From Bdellovibrionales bacterium (lineage in GTDB: Bacteria; Bdellovibrionota; Bdellovibrionia; Bdellovibrionales; UBA1609), in NCBI GenBank assembly GCA_965261545.1, contig CBDHDF010000011.1, positions 832,001 to 896,000 on the forward strand: DNA of 64,000 nucleotides, read 5' to 3'. Shown piece by piece: positions 52,808 through 62,700 of the stretch. Position numbers and translations under genes: made by a program. The notes below the pieces were generated by a model. That model did not search any database. It had not been told where the DNA came from and was given only the letters and a program-made list of their open reading frames with translations. The stretch's first letter is position 1; each line of letters opens with the position of its first letter.

Positions 52808-53578
52808 ATGCCAATGTCACCTACAGAAATACAAGAGACTCTCAAAAGCCTTAAGCTTATAGGCATGTTTGAAACATTTGAGGCTCGAAGTTACCAACAC
52901 ACACAGAACCAACAAAACTTCCAAGAGACCTTCTCATTGCTCTTACAGGATGAAAAGGATTTCAAGAAAAGCAAAAAATGTGAGAGACTCCTCAAAGCAT
53001 CCAAGCTCACGGAAGAGTCCACCCTCACCGGCTTTGATTGGAATTTTAACCCAAAAATACCCAAGCCAATGATCTTGGAATTAATGAACTTGAAGTTCAT
53101 CAAGCAGGGGGAGGGAGCCTTGCTTATTGGCTCCCCTGGAACTGGAAAAAGCCACATTGCAAAAGCTATAGCCACCAAGGTCTGTTCCATATCAAATTAC
53201 AAGGTTTTGTATCAGGAAGCTCACAAGCTTTTTGAAAATCTCTTTGAGGCCAGGCAGCTGGGGCGCAGAAAGAGGTTCTACACCCAACTCATCCATGTGG
53301 ACCTATTGATCATTGATGATCTTTTTCTTAGAAAGCGCATCCCACCAGAGGCTTGTGATGACTTCCAGGAAATCATTCTGGATCGATACTCAGCGAGAAA
53401 AAGCACTCTTATTACCTCCAATCGCATTATTGAGGACTGGGGAAAGTGTTTGGGCGATAATACCGTGGCCTCTGCCATCCTGGATCGCCTTCTCCACTGC
53501 AGCCAACTATTAAAATTTGAGGGAAAAAGCTACCGATTGAAGGAAGCTTCAAACCGACTTGTCAAGATAAAAAATTAA
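52808..53578 (+). CDS. istB: IS21-B IstB ATPase
   Basis: GSPGTGKS, LLIIDD and AILDRL motifs. Confidence 0.92.
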   Translation: MPMSPTEIQETLKSLKLIGMFETFEARSYQHTQNQQNFQETFSLLLQDEKDFKKSKKCERLLKASKLTEESTLTGFDWNFNPKIPKPMILELMNLKFIKQGEGALLIGSPGTGKSHIAKAIATKVCSISNYKVLYQEAHKLFENLFEARQLGRRKRFYTQLIHVDLLIIDDLFLRKRIPPEACDDFQEIILDRYSARKSTLITSNRIIEDWGKCLGDNTVASAILDRLLHCSQLLKFEGKSYRLKEASNRLVKIKN

Positions 53579-53740
53579 ATGTAGGGTGAGCCCATCTTGT
53601 CAGATCACCCTAAATGGATGGTTTTGTTAGCCCACAAATGGATGGTTTTGTCCGCCCCGGGTAGGGCATAAGTGATAATTTTCGTCACTTTCTCATTTTG
53701 AACAGCATCAATTAAAGGTGACACTATGGAATATTTTTTT

Positions 53741-53759
53741 TGAATGAGTTACGATTCAG
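53741..53759 (+). repeat. 19-bp direct repeat, copy 1 (TGAATGAGTTACGATTCAG)
   Basis: Identical copy at 56990-57008. Confidence 0.85.
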
Positions 53760-53828
53760 AAGAGATTTTTTAAAGAATAATTGGCAGTTAGAATATTTTT
53801 AATATGTGGAGGAGTTAAAATATTATGA

Positions 53829-55199
53829 GTGTTCTTAATGAATAGAAAAGAAGAAATAGAATATAAAGAAATAAGAGAATTGATTGATGAAATCATTAAC
53901 AAATGCAGATATAAAAAGCCTATATTTAGAGGAATAAGTAAAATACAGGAATCAGATAGGGAAATTAGCTCTCCTTTATTTAGGAAATTTAATAAAAATA
54001 AAGAAGTGAAGGGTAAATCTCTTACACTTTTATATGCAGAAAGAGATATTATAGAAAATGCAAGAATTTACTTCCCTTCAAATACAAGTGATGTGGAAAT
54101 TTTAACTGAGTTACGTCACTATGGCGCCGATGTGAATCTTATTGATTTTAGTCGTAGCTTATATGTTTCTTTATTTTTTATTTGTAATAAAAATTATAAA
54201 GAAGACGGCCAACTTATAATATTGGAAACTGATGGCCTAAAGATTCGCAAAGAAATTAAATATCCAGAGAATAGTCTCGAATTAAAATTTAAAAAAAGTA
54301 ATAAAGAAGATAGCGTCGAACAAGAGGTCAATTCAAAATATAAAAACAACCCTCAGATTATAGAACCTACACAAATATTTTCTAGCAAGAATAGAGTGAT
54401 ATCTCAATCAAGTATATTTGTTTATTGCTATAAAGGATATTTAGACAAAAAAAGTTGTATTAAAGAAATAATAAAAAAAGAATATAAAAAAGATATTTTA
54501 GATTATATAGAAAAATATCACAATATTTCCCTTAAAACTATTTACAACGATGTAATAGGTTTTATCAAAAGTAATAATGATAATGGCAACTATATACTCG
54601 CCCACAATCATTATACTCACGGAGAATATCTTTATAAGAAATTTAATAGAGAAGGAGATAAAGTAAAAGATGAAGTAAAATCTATTAACGAAATTATCAA
54701 TCAATATGACGAGGCAATTAATCTAAATCCTTACTATGTAGAAGCTTACGCAAGTCGTTCCTTGATGAAATTTATAATAATTCAAGATAAGGGTGCCCTT
54801 GAGGATATTAATAGATCTATTGAATTAGATTCTAATAATTCAATCCATTATTTGCAAAGAGGGTATATTAGATTAAAAAATAAGGATTTTGAAAATGCGA
54901 TGATTGATGTTGAAAAGTCTATTCAATTGGACCCCAGTAATAATCTATCTTACTGTCTCCGAGGTGAAATAAGGTTGGAACAAAAATTGTATGAAAAGGC
55001 TATTGATGATTTCAATACAAGTATTGAATTTCAAGAGCCTGTAAACTATATAGCTCATTATTCCCGAGGTCGGGCTTATTATTATTTAAGGCATTTTGAA
55101 AAAGCTCGTGATGACTTTAAAAAAGCTCTTACACTCAATCCACCTAAAGAAGGTAGAGAGATGTGTGAGAAATATATAAGTTGTATAAATAAATTGTAA
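53829..55199 (+). CDS. FRG-domain protein with C-terminal TPR repeats
   Basis: IFRG, LRHYGA...LIDFS..LYVSLFF and RVISQSS motifs; about five TPR units; last ~9 codons replaced by IS66; very AT-rich. Confidence 0.82.
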   Translation: MFLMNRKEEIEYKEIRELIDEIINKCRYKKPIFRGISKIQESDREISSPLFRKFNKNKEVKGKSLTLLYAERDIIENARIYFPSNTSDVEILTELRHYGADVNLIDFSRSLYVSLFFICNKNYKEDGQLIILETDGLKIRKEIKYPENSLELKFKKSNKEDSVEQEVNSKYKNNPQIIEPTQIFSSKNRVISQSSIFVYCYKGYLDKKSCIKEIIKKEYKKDILDYIEKYHNISLKTIYNDVIGFIKSNNDNGNYILAHNHYTHGEYLYKKFNREGDKVKDEVKSINEIINQYDEAINLNPYYVEAYASRSLMKFIIIQDKGALEDINRSIELDSNNSIHYLQRGYIRLKNKDFENAMIDVEKSIQLDPSNNLSYCLRGEIRLEQKLYEKAIDDFNTSIEFQEPVNYIAHYSRGRAYYYLRHFEKARDDFKKALTLNPPKEGREMCEKYISCINKL

Positions 55200-56910
55200 C
55201 TATTCAGGGGGTGCTGCATTAATTCGAACAATTTTTTTAAAAAAAGTATAAAAATTCTTGACAAGTTTTTGAAGCAAACGACCTCTTTCATTTGTTCTTT
55301 ATCGAATATGTTCCTGCATATGGCTTAAACTCTCTGAGAGCCATAGTATTGAAAGATTGTGAAACATAGGTCGCGGGGGGCACTTCTCATTCCTTTTGCT
55401 TCTTAGAACGAATCCTAGTGCATTTTTTTTAATGAAAAAAAGGCATGTTAATATTTTCATAAGGTAAGTATGAAAATAGAAAATATTGACGTGTCTTCAG
55501 CCATAAATAAAATCAGGAAGCTTCTTAAGAAAGAGAAGTCCCTTTCTCCCGCTTTTATTGTGGCCATTGAGTTGTTGATCAAAATCATCACTATTCTAGT
55601 AAATCAAAAAAAATTAAATAGTCAAAACAGTAGTATTGCCCCTTCTCAAGATCCGAATGGCCCTAAAAAGAAACCTAAGGAAGAAACTGGTAAGAAGCCA
55701 GGAGGACAACCCGGACACGAAGGAGCTACTTTAAAACCCGTGGATACTCCAGACAAGGTGGAGTTCATTTCTATTAATAAAGAGGAACTTCCTCCAGGTG
55801 ATTACATTTCTTCTGGAGTTGAAAAGCGTCAAGTATTTGAGGTAGACCTTTCTGTGCATGTCACGGAGTATCAAGGAGAAATCCTCGAAGACCAAGATGG
55901 GAATCAGTGGGTTGCAGGTTTTCCAGAAGGAATCAATAACCCAACTCAATATGGCCCTTCTGTGAAAGCTCACTCAGTTTATATGTCCCAGTTTCAGTTA
56001 ATCCCTCATCTTCGAGTCGCAAGTTACTTTAATCAATGGGGTCTATCGCTTGCTGGATCTACGGTACACAATTTTAACAAATCTGCCTTTGAGGCTCTGG
56101 AAGCTTTTGAGGAGTGGGCAAAGGAAACTCTTCTGAACTCACCTTTGATTCATGCTGACGAAACTGGAGTGAATGTTAATGGGAAGAGGCTGTGGTTTCA
56201 CCTCTTGTCCAATGATACTGTGGTTCTCTATCAGGTGGACGAAAAAAGAGGCGCAGAGGCTATGGATCGCATGGGAATTCTTCCAAAATACACAGGGATT
56301 GTTTGTCATGACCATTGGAAACCTTATTATACATATACTTCCTGCATTCATGCCCTTTGCAATGCGCACCATTTAAGGGAGCTTCAAAGAGCTTGGGAGC
56401 AAGATGATCAAAAATGGGCAAAAGAAATGAAGTCTCTTTTAGAGACAATAAACAAAGAGGTGCACGATACGCAGAACCAATGCCTTTCACAAGACCGAAT
56501 TGAATATTACAAAGAGAAATATCGAAATATTCTCTTCGAAGGGGAAAAGGAATCTCCATTAATGGAGAGGACAGAGAAAAAAAAGAAGGGAAAGGTTAAA
56601 CAATCCAAATCTAGAAATTTACTAGATCGACTGAGAAACTTTGAAGATGATACCTTGCTATTTATGAAGGACCCCATAGTTCCATTTACGAATAATATAG
56701 CAGAAAATGATCTGAGAATGACCAAAGTTCAGCAGAAAATATCTGGGTGCTTTCGTTCGTTGATGGGAGCCAAGACATTTTGTAGAAACCGAAGCTTTCT
56801 CCTGACTTGCCAGAAAAATGGCATAGAACCTAAAGATGCTCTAAATATGCTATTTCAAGGAAAACTTCCCTCATTTATGACTCGAATTCGCCCACCCCCT
56901 GAATAGTTAC
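55196..56910 (+). mobile_element. IS66-family element, copy 2 (intact)
   Basis: IR GTAACTATTCAGGGGG; TSD AATAAATT at 55188-55195 and 56911-56918. Confidence 0.93.
55470..56906 (+). CDS. tnpC: IS66-family transposase
   Basis: Same protein as 31585-33021. Confidence 0.92.
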   Translation: MKIENIDVSSAINKIRKLLKKEKSLSPAFIVAIELLIKIITILVNQKKLNSQNSSIAPSQDPNGPKKKPKEETGKKPGGQPGHEGATLKPVDTPDKVEFISINKEELPPGDYISSGVEKRQVFEVDLSVHVTEYQGEILEDQDGNQWVAGFPEGINNPTQYGPSVKAHSVYMSQFQLIPHLRVASYFNQWGLSLAGSTVHNFNKSAFEALEAFEEWAKETLLNSPLIHADETGVNVNGKRLWFHLLSNDTVVLYQVDEKRGAEAMDRMGILPKYTGIVCHDHWKPYYTYTSCIHALCNAHHLRELQRAWEQDDQKWAKEMKSLLETINKEVHDTQNQCLSQDRIEYYKEKYRNILFEGEKESPLMERTEKKKKGKVKQSKSRNLLDRLRNFEDDTLLFMKDPIVPFTNNIAENDLRMTKVQQKISGCFRSLMGAKTFCRNRSFLLTCQKNGIEPKDALNMLFQGKLPSFMTRIRPPPE

Positions 56911-56989
56911 AATAAATTTATAAAAAAGAACGATAAGAAGCTGTAGTCCGACGTCTCTTTTCAAGGAAAATTGTTTCTGAATATGAGCC

Positions 56990-57008
56990 TGAATGAGTTA
57001 CGATTCAG
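56990..57008 (+). repeat. 19-bp direct repeat, copy 2
   Basis: Identical to 53741-53759. Confidence 0.85.
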
Positions 57009-57192
57009 TAGGTGGGTCTTCTTTTTTAGAGAATCTAAGATCTCTAGAATTTGCTGTCATGAAGAAATTTGCTTTCGGTTCAAATTTCCAAGGCTCCCAT
57101 TTTTCATGTCGCTTATCTTTATAAATATTTTTGGACATTTTTTTAAAAATTTGAAAATTACGCTCTTCTCTTGCTTCAATATCTGAACTCAT
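56998..57192 (-). CDS. Small hypothetical protein directly downstream of the deaminase
   Basis: ATG 3 nt after the deaminase stop, preceded by AAGGAG; no recognised motif. Confidence 0.35.
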   Translation of the reverse strand: MSSDIEAREERNFQIFKKMSKNIYKDKRHEKWEPWKFEPKANFFMTANSRDLRFSKKEDPPTES

Positions 57193-57195
57193 TTT

Positions 57196-58683
57196 CTACT
57201 CCTTAGTAGGAAATAATTTTCTTGATAGTAAATGCTCTTGCTCAATGATTGATCCTAGGTTTAGTCTTATTCGAGGTAGAGCAGATTTTCTACCAAAATT
57301 AAAATCTATGACTCGACCATTATCACTTCTCAAGATTTCATCTCCAGAGCTTAAAGTCAAAGAAAATAGATCAAAGAATCTCCGCGGACCAACTCCTGTG
57401 AATGGTTCAAAGTGTAGCTTGTTTTTCTCATTCTTATCTTCTGAAATAGCATCATCATGCAATTTTTTAGCCAAACTTTTAGGGTAAGGCTCTACATAAA
57501 CGACTCTCTTAATTCCTGCTGAAATTATATGCTTCGCACAGTTGTGGCATGGGTAAGTTGTTGTAAATAATGACAACCCTTTGCTCTGTATTCCCAACCG
57601 GTTCATCAACAAAAGTGCAGCCATTTCAGCGTGAACAGCACGCCCATATTCTGTTATGCCTTTGAATTCGCTGTCATCAATTTCTCTTTTTATGATATCC
57701 TTAACTTCTTTAATTTTATTGCCCGCTATTTCTTTAAGCTCGCTGTCTGATGAGACCCCTTTAATTATTTCTTCTACGATCTCCTCTCTCCTTTTTTTAT
57801 TTGAATCATATCCTCTAGCGTAATCTCTTTGGTCCATCCCTGTAAGATAATCATCTGACCAATATTGGCCACCACCAAACTTTGGAGCGTCATTTGCTCC
57901 TTGGGCAACAATTTCCCCCTCTGAAGTAACAATGACTGCCCCCACTTGTCGAGACAAATCAGCAGATCTTAACGAGGCTGCGTACGCATGAAACATGGCA
58001 TACTCATCTTTATTAGGTGTGTGATATGGATGGCCAAATATTAAATCTATAAATCTAGATAGTTCTCTATCTAACCTAGTTTTATTATCAATTGGAATAA
58101 ATACATCAGACTTATGAAATGAATCACTCACCTTTTGTCCATATTTTTTTATGTTATCTTGCTCTAATTTTAGTAATTTCTTTGCATTATTTTCAGCAAT
58201 ACCTTCTTCCTTGTTAAGGTAATTTAGCCTCTCAGGTATATCACTATACAATCCTATTAAGAAGAAACTACTCCCATAGAGAGAGCGTATTTTTTCAATT
58301 TCTTTGTAGTGCTTAAATCCATTTATAAGGAACGCAGTTTTTTTGTTTCTCTCAGATTTGTCTTCCCTTAAAGAGTAGATACTAGAAATCGCTACTTCAG
58401 CTAAATAATCAGGCTTATTTTCATTTCTTAACTTATCTCCCATTTTGATTAATTCTTTCTTTCTCTCAAAAGGGGTCTCTGGAATTTTACCTTTGTCTTC
58501 TTTATACTTGTCCTCTAAAAACTTACTTATTTTAATGGGCTCAAGAATATAATTGTAATCTTTCAATATATTCTCTAGGGAATTTGTGAATTTTTTTACA
58601 TCACAACCCATTGGTGCAATGAGGCCCAAGTATATGTCGTTGTCATCGTCGTTGTTTTCTTTACTTCTCATCTTGTTGCTCAT
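57196..58683 (-). CDS. Anti-phage-type dCTP deaminase (kinase-like domain plus deaminase; AvcD-like)
   Basis: N-terminal LGLIAPMG and ..GDKLR; SADLSRQVGAVI, HAE, PCHNC and YVEPYPKS motifs. Confidence 0.88.
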   Translation of the reverse strand: MSNKMRSKENNDDDNDIYLGLIAPMGCDVKKFTNSLENILKDYNYILEPIKISKFLEDKYKEDKGKIPETPFERKKELIKMGDKLRNENKPDYLAEVAISSIYSLREDKSERNKKTAFLINGFKHYKEIEKIRSLYGSSFFLIGLYSDIPERLNYLNKEEGIAENNAKKLLKLEQDNIKKYGQKVSDSFHKSDVFIPIDNKTRLDRELSRFIDLIFGHPYHTPNKDEYAMFHAYAASLRSADLSRQVGAVIVTSEGEIVAQGANDAPKFGGGQYWSDDYLTGMDQRDYARGYDSNKKRREEIVEEIIKGVSSDSELKEIAGNKIKEVKDIIKREIDDSEFKGITEYGRAVHAEMAALLLMNRLGIQSKGLSLFTTTYPCHNCAKHIISAGIKRVVYVEPYPKSLAKKLHDDAISEDKNEKNKLHFEPFTGVGPRRFFDLFSLTLSSGDEILRSDNGRVIDFNFGRKSALPRIRLNLGSIIEQEHLLSRKLFPTKE

Positions 58684-59029
58684 AGATCATAATTTATTAA
58701 ATATATGCAAGGCCATTGCTGGGGAAAAGAACTGATGGGTACAAAGGTACAATAAGAAATAATTATAGTCAAACGGTCGAGTGGCCTGGCGCAGGGCAAT
58801 AACTCAGGTCTGCTCGCTTGTTTATTGATTTTATTGATGATCGACACAACGTCTTGAGTGAACCAAGTATCAGCCTGTTCTGGAAAATTTCTCTAATATT
58901 TCTCTTCCCTCCTGTAGGAGACTTGCCTAACAAGAAAGTGGTTGATATAGTTGTAAGCAAATGACTGTCAGACAGAAGATGACAGGGACCAGTGTATGAG
59001 TCATAAGTAATAGTGTTTGTGGCTCTGGT

Positions 59030-59232
59030 ATGTTCTTTGAAAATTTAATATGGATGACGACAGAAGAAGCGGCTCGGTATTTGCGTAAAAGTGCCAATGC
59101 TTTAAGAATCATGGTTTATAAAAGATTCTTAAGGTTAGAAAATTTCGTCGAAGACTCTGCTTTTTAAGAGGAATGAACTGGATGCCTTGATTGAAACCTC
59201 ACTTATTAAAGGAGGTTATTGTTATGGCAGTT
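59030..59232 (+). pseudogene. Excisionase-like HTH gene, frameshifted
   Basis: WMTTEEAARYLRKSANALRIMVYK continues in shifted frames to FKRNELDALIE just before the integrase. Confidence 0.6.
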
Positions 59233-60390
59233 AGTACATACAAGGAAAATGGTAGAGAATTTTATTGTGTTTATGTTCAAGCAAAAGGAAAAGAGGATAA
59301 AAATTTGAGACTTCAACGTAAGAGAAAGAAAATTGTTTCTTTTCGGGAGGCTCAAAAACTTGAAAAAGCTCTTTTCAAAGAAGTTATCGAGCAGATTGCA
59401 AAGATTGAAGGTCGCGGGTTGACTTGGCGAGAGATTATCGACAGATGGGAGATTAAAGCCCGTCGAGGGGATCTCGGAGACAAGTATCAAAACAATTACT
59501 TGATTCAAACTCATGTGAATCGGTTGAACGAATACACAAAGATTTGGCTTCAACGCAGAGCTTCTGATTTGACCAAAGGTGATGGAAGGCAGGTTTTAAA
59601 TGCTGCCAAAGCTGATGGTGTAACAGGAAGTTCTTTGAAGAAAATCAAAACTTCAGTGAATGTTGTTTTTAACTGGGGAATCGAAGAGAAGTATATTGTT
59701 GGTACATCTTCAACCCCAGTTGAGGGTCTTTGTGTTTCAGACAAAGTGGAGAAGGTTCCTCAAATTTTAACTCTTGAGGATATTCGGACTTTGCTTGGAA
59801 GGGCGTGCAAACTTGACCACCCTTGGTATCCCATCTGGGCATTTGCTTTTTTAACTGGTATGAGAAGTGGCGAGCTTAAAGCCCTACAGTGGAAGGATAT
59901 AGACCTTGAGAAGCGTATAATAACGGTTTCCAAGTCCTATAGCCCCCATTTAAAGGGTATTAAAGGCACAAAGGCTGGGTACTGGAGAAATGTTCCCATT
60001 TCACCGGAACTTGAAGGGATTATTTCCGGCTTAAAAGAAGGCCAGAAACTAACACCTAAAGACTTTGTGTTACCTCGTCACTACACTTGGACAAATGGGC
60101 AAGCTGGGGAGGTTCTCAGAGGCTTTTTGAAAGAGCAGGGGATAGACAAGGATATTGTTTTTCACACGCTCAGAGCTTGCTTTGCGACTCATATGCTAGC
60201 TCAGGGGGCCAATCAAGCCACTGTTATGAAAATCGGTGGATGGAAAGATATAAAGACTTTCCAGATTTATGTTCGATTGGCTGGTGTTGAGGTCCATGGG
60301 GCAACAGATATTTTAAGTGTCTTGCCTAAGATTCGACCTGTCACAACTGATAAAGTTGTGAGTTTAAGTGACCATGCGAGGAGAGCCTAA
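59224..60390 (+). CDS. Tyrosine recombinase/integrase
   Basis: TGMRSGEL, FHTLRACFAT and terminal Tyr in TFQIY; RBS GGAGG at 59211. Confidence 0.92.
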   Translation: MAVSTYKENGREFYCVYVQAKGKEDKNLRLQRKRKKIVSFREAQKLEKALFKEVIEQIAKIEGRGLTWREIIDRWEIKARRGDLGDKYQNNYLIQTHVNRLNEYTKIWLQRRASDLTKGDGRQVLNAAKADGVTGSSLKKIKTSVNVVFNWGIEEKYIVGTSSTPVEGLCVSDKVEKVPQILTLEDIRTLLGRACKLDHPWYPIWAFAFLTGMRSGELKALQWKDIDLEKRIITVSKSYSPHLKGIKGTKAGYWRNVPISPELEGIISGLKEGQKLTPKDFVLPRHYTWTNGQAGEVLRGFLKEQGIDKDIVFHTLRACFATHMLAQGANQATVMKIGGWKDIKTFQIYVRLAGVEVHGATDILSVLPKIRPVTTDKVVSLSDHARRA

Positions 60391-60542
60391 CCAGGCTTTC
60401 TCCACAAAAGAATTATTTTTTTGAATATTTCCTGAAATGTTTCTTCTGACTTCTAAAGTAATCCATATAGGAATCTCCATGTGAGGTGTGTTTCTGAGTA
60501 TTTCCTGAAAACGCTTTTCAGAGCTTCCAATTAGAGGGCCGG

Positions 60543-60785
60543 TTGTTAAAATCACTGAAGGTTTCCAATTCACCCCAGAAGGAATCAAAAAGGAGGAACA
60601 AGAAAACCCTCAGTCATGATGAAATTAGTCAAATGAAGGTTATTCTTCAGCCCGTACCTTTGAATGAAGCAAAGAATTACAATCGACTCATAAGGCTTTG
60701 TCAGCTTATTTATCCTCACCGAGGGTCTTTAGAGTCAGACTGTAGGAAAAAGGAAAAAGACACTAAAAAAAATAATTTTATGTGA
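60543..60785 (+). CDS. Small hypothetical ORF upstream of LSR3
   Basis: Position only. Confidence 0.3.
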   Translation: MLKSLKVSNSPQKESKRRNKKTLSHDEISQMKVILQPVPLNEAKNYNRLIRLCQLIYPHRGSLESDCRKKEKDTKKNNFM

Positions 60786-60891
60786 GTGATGACGGAAAAT
60801 AACTGGACTTTTAAGTTGAAAATGACTAAAGTTAAAACACTAAAACATAGCTGCTCATTATTGATGGAAGCTGGAAAGGGAACGATAGAGT

Positions 60892-62700
60892 ATGAGAAAA
60901 GTAGCGCTTTATTGTCGAGTGAGTACCGATGAGCAGGCAAAGAATAAGGAAGGGTCTATCACTTCTCAAGTTCAGCGACTTCAAATGAAAGTCAATGAGA
61001 AAAACTCCTATGAGAATGGTCAATGGGGAAAAGTGGTGGGTATCTATAAAGATGAAGCTTATTCCGGGAAGAATACAGACCGCCCTGAATTTCAACGCAT
61101 GTTGACCGATGTAAAAACACAGCGAGTGAATACCATCCTTATTACGGAGTTGTCTCGATTGAGTCGCTCAGTCACCGATTTTTTAAGTTTCATTGAAGAG
61201 CTTGAAGACCATGGTTGTGACTTTATTTGCCCTCAATATGATTTTGATACCACAAGTCCCGCAGGTAAAGTCTTTATGACTATCATTATGGCCCTCGCCC
61301 AGTTTGAGCGAGAATTGACTGCCGAAAGAATTAGAAATAACTTTCACGCCCGTGCCTTACGGGGGTTGTCCAATGGGGGAGTGCCTTTTTTGGGCTATGA
61401 TAGAGACCCTACTCAGTCAGGACAACTTTTGGTGAATACCCATGAAGGGGTGATTGTAAAGAAAATATTTGACTTATACTTAGAGGGTAAGAGTCTTTCA
61501 GAATCGGCAAAATATCTCAATGAGGAAAACATTAAAAATAAGTCATGGATAAGCAAAGATGGAAAAGCCTGCGGAGGGCAGCCTTTTCGTGCCACTTCGG
61601 TTTTGCGAACACTGACCAACTATGCCTATATTGGAAAGCGAGAAGTAAACAAGAGAAACAAAAAATTAGTCTCGGAATCTCTCAAGACTGAAGAACAATA
61701 TACTCTTGTTGATTCCAGTTGGAAGGCCATTATAGACCCTGAAACTTTTCAAAAGGCCCAAACAAAGCTTAATATCAATAAGAAAGTTAAGAAGCCCATG
61801 AACTTTGATTTTTGCTATTCAGGCATCATGGTATGCGACGAGTGCGGAGCGCCTCTTTCTGGTAAGACGGGGACAGGTAGAAATAGAATCTATTTCTACT
61901 ACGGGCACAATAGAAAGACATCCTGTAAGGTTCAAAGATATGATGCTGAGGCTCTAGAAAAGGTTCTTCGTAGACAGCTTTTCACCCTTATCAACAATGA
62001 AGCCATGGGCAAGCAATTCATTCAAGCTTTGTCTGAACAGGTTCAAGGCTCTTCCAAAATCTCGGAGGCTCTCCTCAAAAAGACCCAGGAGGATATTGGA
62101 AAACGCCACTCTGAAAATGAGAGACTTATCAATCTTATGGCCGATCATGCAGAAGCCCAAGGGCTAGATGCCCTGCTGGGCCGTATCAAGAAAAATGAGG
62201 CCGAGATACTTGAGTTGAAAGCTCAACTGTCAAAACTTGAGGAACAGCGCATCATAGAAGCGGCGCAACCCACCATCGACCCACAGTTTATTCTCTCTGG
62301 CATCAAAAAGTTTCGCGAAGATGGGTTTCGCAAAGCTAAGGTTTCCAAGAAAAGAGCTATTGTGCAAGATGTTATCAAGACGATTCATGTCCATCCCGAT
62401 AATGTGATTCGCATTGATTTTTGGACCAGTGAGAGTCAGTCTAGCGTTGCTGTAAAGGATGCATTTCAATCAGGAGTTGTTCTCCCTTTTCAGCCCCTAG
62501 GTAGGCCACTTGAGGCATCTTTTCGTGAGAATGCCTCTCGTGAGGATAGGTTTTCCGATATAAAAAGAGCTGCAAATTTAGGTGTCTATATTCTCCCACA
62601 AGGGAGAATGACGCCCAAAAGCAGCCTCGGCGGCAGTTTCGGGCCTTCTCTGGCCCACGGTTCGTCCAGCGTTGTAACTGGTGGAGGTGGTGGGAATTGA
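60892..62700 (+). CDS. Large serine recombinase (602 aa) reading into the tmRNA 3' end
   Basis: YCRVST, DRPEF, LSRLSRS, LAQFERE and CDECG motifs; stop codon lies within the tmRNA complement. Confidence 0.92.
   Translation: MRKVALYCRVSTDEQAKNKEGSITSQVQRLQMKVNEKNSYENGQWGKVVGIYKDEAYSGKNTDRPEFQRMLTDVKTQRVNTILITELSRLSRSVTDFLSFIEELEDHGCDFICPQYDFDTTSPAGKVFMTIIMALAQFERELTAERIRNNFHARALRGLSNGGVPFLGYDRDPTQSGQLLVNTHEGVIVKKIFDLYLEGKSLSESAKYLNEENIKNKSWISKDGKACGGQPFRATSVLRTLTNYAYIGKREVNKRNKKLVSESLKTEEQYTLVDSSWKAIIDPETFQKAQTKLNINKKVKKPMNFDFCYSGIMVCDECGAPLSGKTGTGRNRIYFYYGHNRKTSCKVQRYDAEALEKVLRRQLFTLINNEAMGKQFIQALSEQVQGSSKISEALLKKTQEDIGKRHSENERLINLMADHAEAQGLDALLGRIKKNEAEILELKAQLSKLEEQRIIEAAQPTIDPQFILSGIKKFREDGFRKAKVSKKRAIVQDVIKTIHVHPDNVIRIDFWTSESQSSVAVKDAFQSGVVLPFQPLGRPLEASFRENASREDRFSDIKRAANLGVYILPQGRMTPKSSLGGSFGPSLAHGSSSVVTGGGGGN

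Larger units (their letters stand above)
42082..53668 (+). mobile_element. IS21-family element B containing nested insertions
   Basis: End repeats CAAAACCATCCATTT at 42100-42140 and inverted at 53612-53651; exact termini uncertain; no TSD. Confidence 0.8.

Noticed and set aside
55035..55049. 15-bp match (GAGCCTGTAAACTAT) to the IS256 left end inside the FRG-TPR gene
   Set aside because: In frame within a TPR unit, with no TSD or other IS sequence; treated as chance.
60391..60891. Possible second att site for the tRNA-His or tmRNA island
   Set aside because: Only weak similarity (around 60860); no convincing duplicated 3' fragment by eye.
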